Part shown: positions 61,669 to 64,000 of the stretch, one piece after another
How positions within the stretch are numbered: position 1 is the first letter of the stretch
Layout of the letters: each line of letters starts with the position of its first letter
From: an uncultured Pseudomonadota bacterium
GTDB lineage: Bacteria; Pseudomonadota; Gammaproteobacteria; Burkholderiales; SG8-39
DNA length: 64,000 nucleotides
Assembly (NCBI GenBank): GCA_903829815.1
Contig: CAIKRR010000005.1
Location: 506-64,505, forward strand
Reading direction: 5' to 3'
Made by a program: the position numbers and the translations under genes
The notes under the pieces: model-generated
The model's database searches: none
Seen by the model: only the letters and a program-made list of their open reading frames with translations
What the model was told of the DNA's origin: nothing

Positions 61669-62267
61669 ACATGCTCGATCGGCCCTTGCGGGTGGGCCTG
61701 GTGTCGGTGAGCGACCGGGCATCGGCCGGTGTCTATCGCGACGAAGGCATTCCGGCCCTGTCCGACTGGCTGGGCGCGGCGCTGGTCACCCCCTTCGATA
61801 TCGAGACCCGCCTGATTGCCGATGAGCAAGCGCTGATCGAGCGCACCCTCATCGAACTGGTCGATACCGTACGCTGCGATCTGGTGCTCACCACCGGTGG
61901 CACTGGTCCGGCGCGGCGCGATGTGACCCCCGAGGCCACGCTGGCGGTAGCCGACAAGACGATGCCCGGCTTTGGCGAGCAGATGCGCCAGATCAGCTTG
62001 CGCTTCGTGCCCACGGCCATCCTGTCACGGCAGGTGGCGGTGATTCGCGGCGAGGCACTGATCGTGAACCTGCCTGGTCAGCCCAAATCGATACGCGAGA
62101 CGCTCGAAGGACTCAAGGGACCCGATGGCGAGTCGATCGTACCCGGCATCTTTGCCGCCATCCCCTACTGCATCGATCTCATCGGCGGCCCTTACATCGA
62201 CACGCACGAGTCGGTGGTGAAGGCATTTCGCCCAAAGTCGGCGCGGCGTGCGGTGAACCCTGGTTGA
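61665..62267 (+). CDS. mog: Molybdopterin adenylyltransferase
   Basis: SVSDRASAGVY, TTGGTGP, RDVTPEAT, PGFGEQMR, NLPGQPK. Confidence 0.96.
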   Translation: MNMLDRPLRVGLVSVSDRASAGVYRDEGIPALSDWLGAALVTPFDIETRLIADEQALIERTLIELVDTVRCDLVLTTGGTGPARRDVTPEATLAVADKTMPGFGEQMRQISLRFVPTAILSRQVAVIRGEALIVNLPGQPKSIRETLEGLKGPDGESIVPGIFAAIPYCIDLIGGPYIDTHESVVKAFRPKSARRAVNPG

Positions 62268-62336
62268 GACGGGTCTGGCGCTTCGTCGGATCCTTGCCCT
62301 GACCCCTGTCGAATCCCCGCTCTGGCCCTTGCCCTG

Positions 62337-62367
62337 ACCGTTCGTCGGGCATCGGCTGCCGATCGTC
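62337..62367 (+). promoter_or_regulatory. Putative AlgR/LytTR-type direct-repeat binding site upstream of the minor pilin operon
   Basis: ACCGTTCGTC (62337-62346) and GCCGATCGTC (62358-62367), 21-bp period. Confidence 0.55.
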
Positions 62368-62442
62368 GGGCCGTTGCCCTGTCCGATACCCTGCCGCGCT
62401 ACGCTCCAGCGATCACTTTTCGTCCATAGAGAGGTCGGGTCG

Positions 62443-62880
62443 ATGCGCCGAGCAGATCGCGGCTTCACGCTGATCGAGTTGATGATGACGGTGGCCATCA
62501 TCGGCATCCTGGCTGCGGTGGCACTGCCCTCCTATACAGGCTACCTGCTGCGCGGGCGCCTGCCTGTTGCCACCCAGGGGCTGGCCAGCATGCAGACGCA
62601 ACTCGAAACCTGGTTTCAGGACAATCGAACCTATGCCACTGCGCCGATCTGTGCCGCAAACACCAATCTGATGCAGGGCTCGAACGTGGCCTTCATCCTG
62701 AGCGCCGTCTGCACAGCCACGACCTACACGCTCACGGCCACCGGTGATGCGCAACTCGCTGGCGGCATGACCTATACCCTCACCAACACCGGGTTGCAGT
62801 CGACGACTGCCGTCCCCCAACACTGGACCCTGCCGGCGGGCAGTACCTGCTGGGTCATGCGTGCGAACGGGTCGTGCTGA
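62443..62880 (+). CDS. pilE: Type IV minor pilin PilE-like
   Basis: G|FTLIELMMTVAIIGILAAVALPSY prepilin motif, FQDNRTY, YTLTA; GAGG RBS. Confidence 0.88.
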   Translation: MRRADRGFTLIELMMTVAIIGILAAVALPSYTGYLLRGRLPVATQGLASMQTQLETWFQDNRTYATAPICAANTNLMQGSNVAFILSAVCTATTYTLTATGDAQLAGGMTYTLTNTGLQSTTAVPQHWTLPAGSTCWVMRANGSC

Positions 62881-63530
62881 TCCTGCCTGTTCATGGTCGC
62901 TGCGCGCGATCCAGTCGCACGCTGGGCATGACCTTGATCGAACTCCTGGTCGCGCTCGCGATCATCGTTGCGACCTTCCTGATCGGCATGCCCCAACTGG
63001 GCGTGACCAGTGCCAACAGCCGTATCCGTACCCTGGCCGGTTCGTTTCTTGCCGGCTTGCAGCAGGCGCGCAGCGAAGCCATCCAACGCGGGCTTGCGGT
63101 CACTTTCCGGCAAGGCACGGGCCTTTCCGTCACCGCCAACGGGTTTGCCCTGCCGCTCAGCGTCGACGGCAGCGGGGTCGACTGGGCGGTGAGTGATGCG
63201 CAGACCGGTACGCTCATCAAGGCCAGCAGTGCCACCGAAGGCAGTGCCGCTGCGACGGTCGCGGTGTCCTCTGCCACCGCGACCGCCTATCGGGGGGAGA
63301 TCCAGTTCGACAGTTTTGGCCAGGCCTGGGGTTCGGTCGGTGACGGTACCTTTGCCACCCTGGCCGCAACGGTTGTTCTCACCTTCGCACCGGTGGCTAA
63401 CGCCACGGCCGCGATCAACTGTGCGGCACCCAGTGGCGGTTATCGCTGTCAGCAGATCAGTGTGAGCCCCAACGGCCAGATCCGCCAATGTGATCCGGCG
63501 GCCGCGGCCGGCGATACGAGGGCGTGCTGA
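62874..63530 (+). CDS. fimT: GspH/FimT family minor pilin
   Basis: G|MTLIELLVAL, GLQQARSEAIQR, FDSFG, C-terminal cysteines. Confidence 0.82.
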   Translation: MLILPVHGRCARSSRTLGMTLIELLVALAIIVATFLIGMPQLGVTSANSRIRTLAGSFLAGLQQARSEAIQRGLAVTFRQGTGLSVTANGFALPLSVDGSGVDWAVSDAQTGTLIKASSATEGSAAATVAVSSATATAYRGEIQFDSFGQAWGSVGDGTFATLAATVVLTFAPVANATAAINCAAPSGGYRCQQISVSPNGQIRQCDPAAAAGDTRAC

Positions 63531-63531
63531 G

Positions 63532-64000
63532 ATGCGACACCCTGCGGGCTTCACGCTGATCGAGGTGCTGGTGGCGCTGCTCATCTTCTCGGTGGGCGTG
63601 CTCGCGCTGGTGGGCATGTACTCGGCCTCGGTACGCTCGGCCCGCGATGCCGAGTTTCGTGTCGAGGCGTCCAACTACGCCAGCGAAATTCTGCAGACCA
63701 TCGTTGCTGAAGTGTCGCGCTTCAATGGCGCGGTCAATCCGGTCGATCTCGCCGCCTTTGCGCTCAATGCCCAAGGGGACGGATGCGGCAACTTCAATGG
63801 CGGCCAGGCCGATGCCACCAAGACGGCGGTGGCCGACTGGCGCGCGCGCGTGCAGGCCGTCGCAGGGCTGCCCGGCGCTGGTGCCGAGGGCTACCAGCAG
63901 ATCGTGGTGAACCCGGGCAACTTCAATCAGGTGCTGGTGAGCCTGTGCTGGCAGGCACCGGGTGACACCGCACCTCACCGTCATCAGGTGGCCGCCAATG
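63532..64000 (+). CDS. pilV: Type IV pilus modification protein PilV (3' truncated by the window edge)
   Basis: MRHPAG|FTLIEVLVALLIFSVGVLALVGM...W..RV...LPGA; absent from the ORF track because there is no stop in the window. Confidence 0.88.
   Translation, partial: MRHPAGFTLIEVLVALLIFSVGVLALVGMYSASVRSARDAEFRVEASNYASEILQTIVAEVSRFNGAVNPVDLAAFALNAQGDGCGNFNGGQADATKTAVADWRARVQAVAGLPGAGAEGYQQIVVNPGNFNQVLVSLCWQAPGDTAPHRHQVAAN

Noticed and set aside
1-64000. CRISPR arrays, tRNA/rRNA genes, IS elements, integrases, prophage or defence genes
   Set aside because: None recognised; intergenic gaps are short and lack regular repeat-spacer or cloverleaf patterns (judged by eye, not by covariance search).

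Overview
GC-rich (roughly two-thirds G+C by eye), gene-dense chromosomal segment of a betaproteobacterium (Burkholderiales/Rhodocyclales-type gene order). Most of it is core genome: tamAB, pcnB-folK-dNK-panCD, hda, purM-dnaE, metG, apbC-dcd, thyA-folA, xseB-ispA-dxs-folE2, yajQ, argDFG, rpsT, murJ, pmbA, yjgA, mog, and the start of a type IV minor-pilin operon. Between these lie small accessory modules: a CoA-dependent dicarboxylate catabolic cluster resembling the itaconate/mesaconate route (1-7.3 kb), a GntR-RidA-GST-Bug module, a urate/allantoin module, and a three-gene signalling locus at 32.7-37.9 kb. That locus is the best candidate for an undescribed system: a soluble Hanks-type Ser/Thr kinase fused to an apparently catalytically dead class III nucleotide-cyclase-like domain, then an atypical receiver protein, then a PAS-PAS hybrid histidine kinase. 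Other notable signals are AlgR/LytTR-type boxes at 21-bp spacing upstream of the minor pilins, a DUF3579-like pseudogene with an in-frame stop, a probable CTG start codon, a CinA with a degenerate deamidase domain, and a BtuCD-like pair inserted into the hda-pcnB operon. I saw no rRNA, tRNA, CRISPR array, integrase or transposase. All calls come from motif recognition by eye; no database searches were run.
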